DNA from: an uncultured Candidatus Binatia bacterium
GTDB lineage: Bacteria; Desulfobacterota; Binatia; UBA9968; CAXXLF01
DNA: 64,000 nt
Assembly (NCBI GenBank): GCA_965218425.1
Contig: OZ244621.1
Coordinates: forward strand, 192,001 to 256,000
Direction of reading: 5' to 3'
Positions 62,819 through 64,000 of this stretch are shown here, in pieces; the first letter of the stretch is position 1, and the number at the start of each line of letters is the position of its first letter. A program made the translations under genes and the position numbers. The notes below the pieces were generated by a model that saw nothing but the letters and a program-made list of their open reading frames with translations, searched no databases and was not told where the DNA came from.

Positions 62819-63871
62819 ATGAAAAACGGATATTTCATAATCGACGCCGACGGGCATGTCTGTGACGACGAAGCAGCATTGAAACCTTATATGGGTCCCC
62901 AGTATCGCAACCGCCCTCTCCTACCCCGCAGCAATGTGGACCGGAGCCAGGGAGGAAAGTACGGCAAGCACCACAAAGATCCCGCTATACAGATCGAGGA
63001 CATGGACATCGAGGGAGTCGATATTATGACTCTCTACGGGACAGGAACTCTCGGCATGTGGAGGATCAAGGAACGTGAGCTGTCCGTCGAGCTTCATCGT
63101 GCCTACAACGACTGGCTAGCGGATTTTTGCCGTGACAATCCTAAACGGCTGAAAGGGGTAGCGGCCTTACCGATGATAGAGCCCGATAGGGCTGCACGGG
63201 AACTCGAGCGGGCGGTGACCCAACTGGGCTTTGTCGGCGCAATGGCGCACACGACGATCTACAATCATCACGTAGGCGAAGCCTATTACGATGAGCTCTA
63301 TTCATGCGCCCAGCAGTACAACGTGCCCATCGGCTTTCATGCCTCGGGCTCGGAACTTGATCGATTCGACACCTTTCTCGCAGAGCACACCATGGGGCAC
63401 ACCCATGAGCAGATATGCTCGACCCTATTGGTCGTCTACTGCGGGGTGTTGGAAAAATTCCCGCGCTTGAAGGTAGGGTTTCTCGAGGGTTTGTCCGGGT
63501 GGATACCCGCCATGGCCGAACGGATGGATGAAGAATATGAGAGGAGGCCCCATGAGGCGCCACTGCTCAAGAAGAAGCCGACCGAGTATTTTCGCGAGGG
63601 TCGCATGTTCTTCGGGATCGAGTCGGGAGAGTGGATGTTACCCGTTGTGATCCGGTATTTGGGGACCGACGAGACTCTGATGTTTTCATCGGACTATCCC
63701 CACTGGGACGGCGAGTTCCCCAATGCCACGAAGACCCTGGTGGAGCGGGAGGATTTGACCGACCAGAACAAACGCAACATCCTCGGAGAAAATGCCCGGA
63801 AGTTCTATGCGGGTCTGACTGAAGTGGAAACCGCCCAGTTCCAATCGGCAGCGACACAGCAGCCGGCGTAG
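62819..63871 (+). CDS. Amidohydrolase-2 family protein
   Basis: IDADGH, AYNDWL, PIGFH, FPRLKVGFLE, FSSDYPHWD, ILGENA. Confidence 0.92.
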   Translation: MKNGYFIIDADGHVCDDEAALKPYMGPQYRNRPLLPRSNVDRSQGGKYGKHHKDPAIQIEDMDIEGVDIMTLYGTGTLGMWRIKERELSVELHRAYNDWLADFCRDNPKRLKGVAALPMIEPDRAARELERAVTQLGFVGAMAHTTIYNHHVGEAYYDELYSCAQQYNVPIGFHASGSELDRFDTFLAEHTMGHTHEQICSTLLVVYCGVLEKFPRLKVGFLEGLSGWIPAMAERMDEEYERRPHEAPLLKKKPTEYFREGRMFFGIESGEWMLPVVIRYLGTDETLMFSSDYPHWDGEFPNATKTLVEREDLTDQNKRNILGENARKFYAGLTEVETAQFQSAATQQPA

Positions 63872-64000
63872 GGCGGAAGAAATGCTCTTAGCCAAACAGA
63901 CAACAAAGCGCACAGCGCATGCAGCAACGCATCAAAAGCGATTAGCCTCAGATTTTGAGAAAAGAAACCCGCGCAAAGGCGCAAAGGGCGTCAAGCTCGG

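Overview
A bacterial accessory region with no rRNA or tRNA genes recognised. The gene style resembles Candidatus Binatia or related deltaproteobacterial lineages, but this is a low-confidence impression. Three layers are interleaved. (1) Aromatic catabolism and transport: two Rieske oxygenases, a LigB/MhpB-type extradiol dioxygenase, a meta-cleavage hydrolase, two UbiD decarboxylases, a phthalate-like pht3/pht5/pht4 set, and many paralogous solute-binding proteins. (2) Defence: an MmeI-like RM C-terminus, an apparently complete type I-B (Myxan/Cmx8) CRISPR-Cas with a 14-repeat array, and NucS-like and Hjc-like nucleases. It also holds a stripped type I-C locus in which cas5c-cas8c-cas7c are intact, cas3 and cas4 are broken, cas1/cas2 are absent, the array has 2 repeats and 1 spacer, and a stand-alone HNH gene starts 24 nt after the last repeat. 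(3) Mobile DNA: IS630, three IS3 copies in graded decay, IS1182 and IS1595 remnants, and a family of ~280-bp IS110-derived MITE-like repeats plus other shuffled repeat modules. These repeats sit at cargo boundaries and bracket both CRISPR loci. Many genes are deletion chimeras or frameshifted. The best novelty candidates are the Cas3-less I-C Cascade + mini-array + HNH unit and the MITE-bounded cassette architecture. All calls are by-eye motif recognition; no searches were run.
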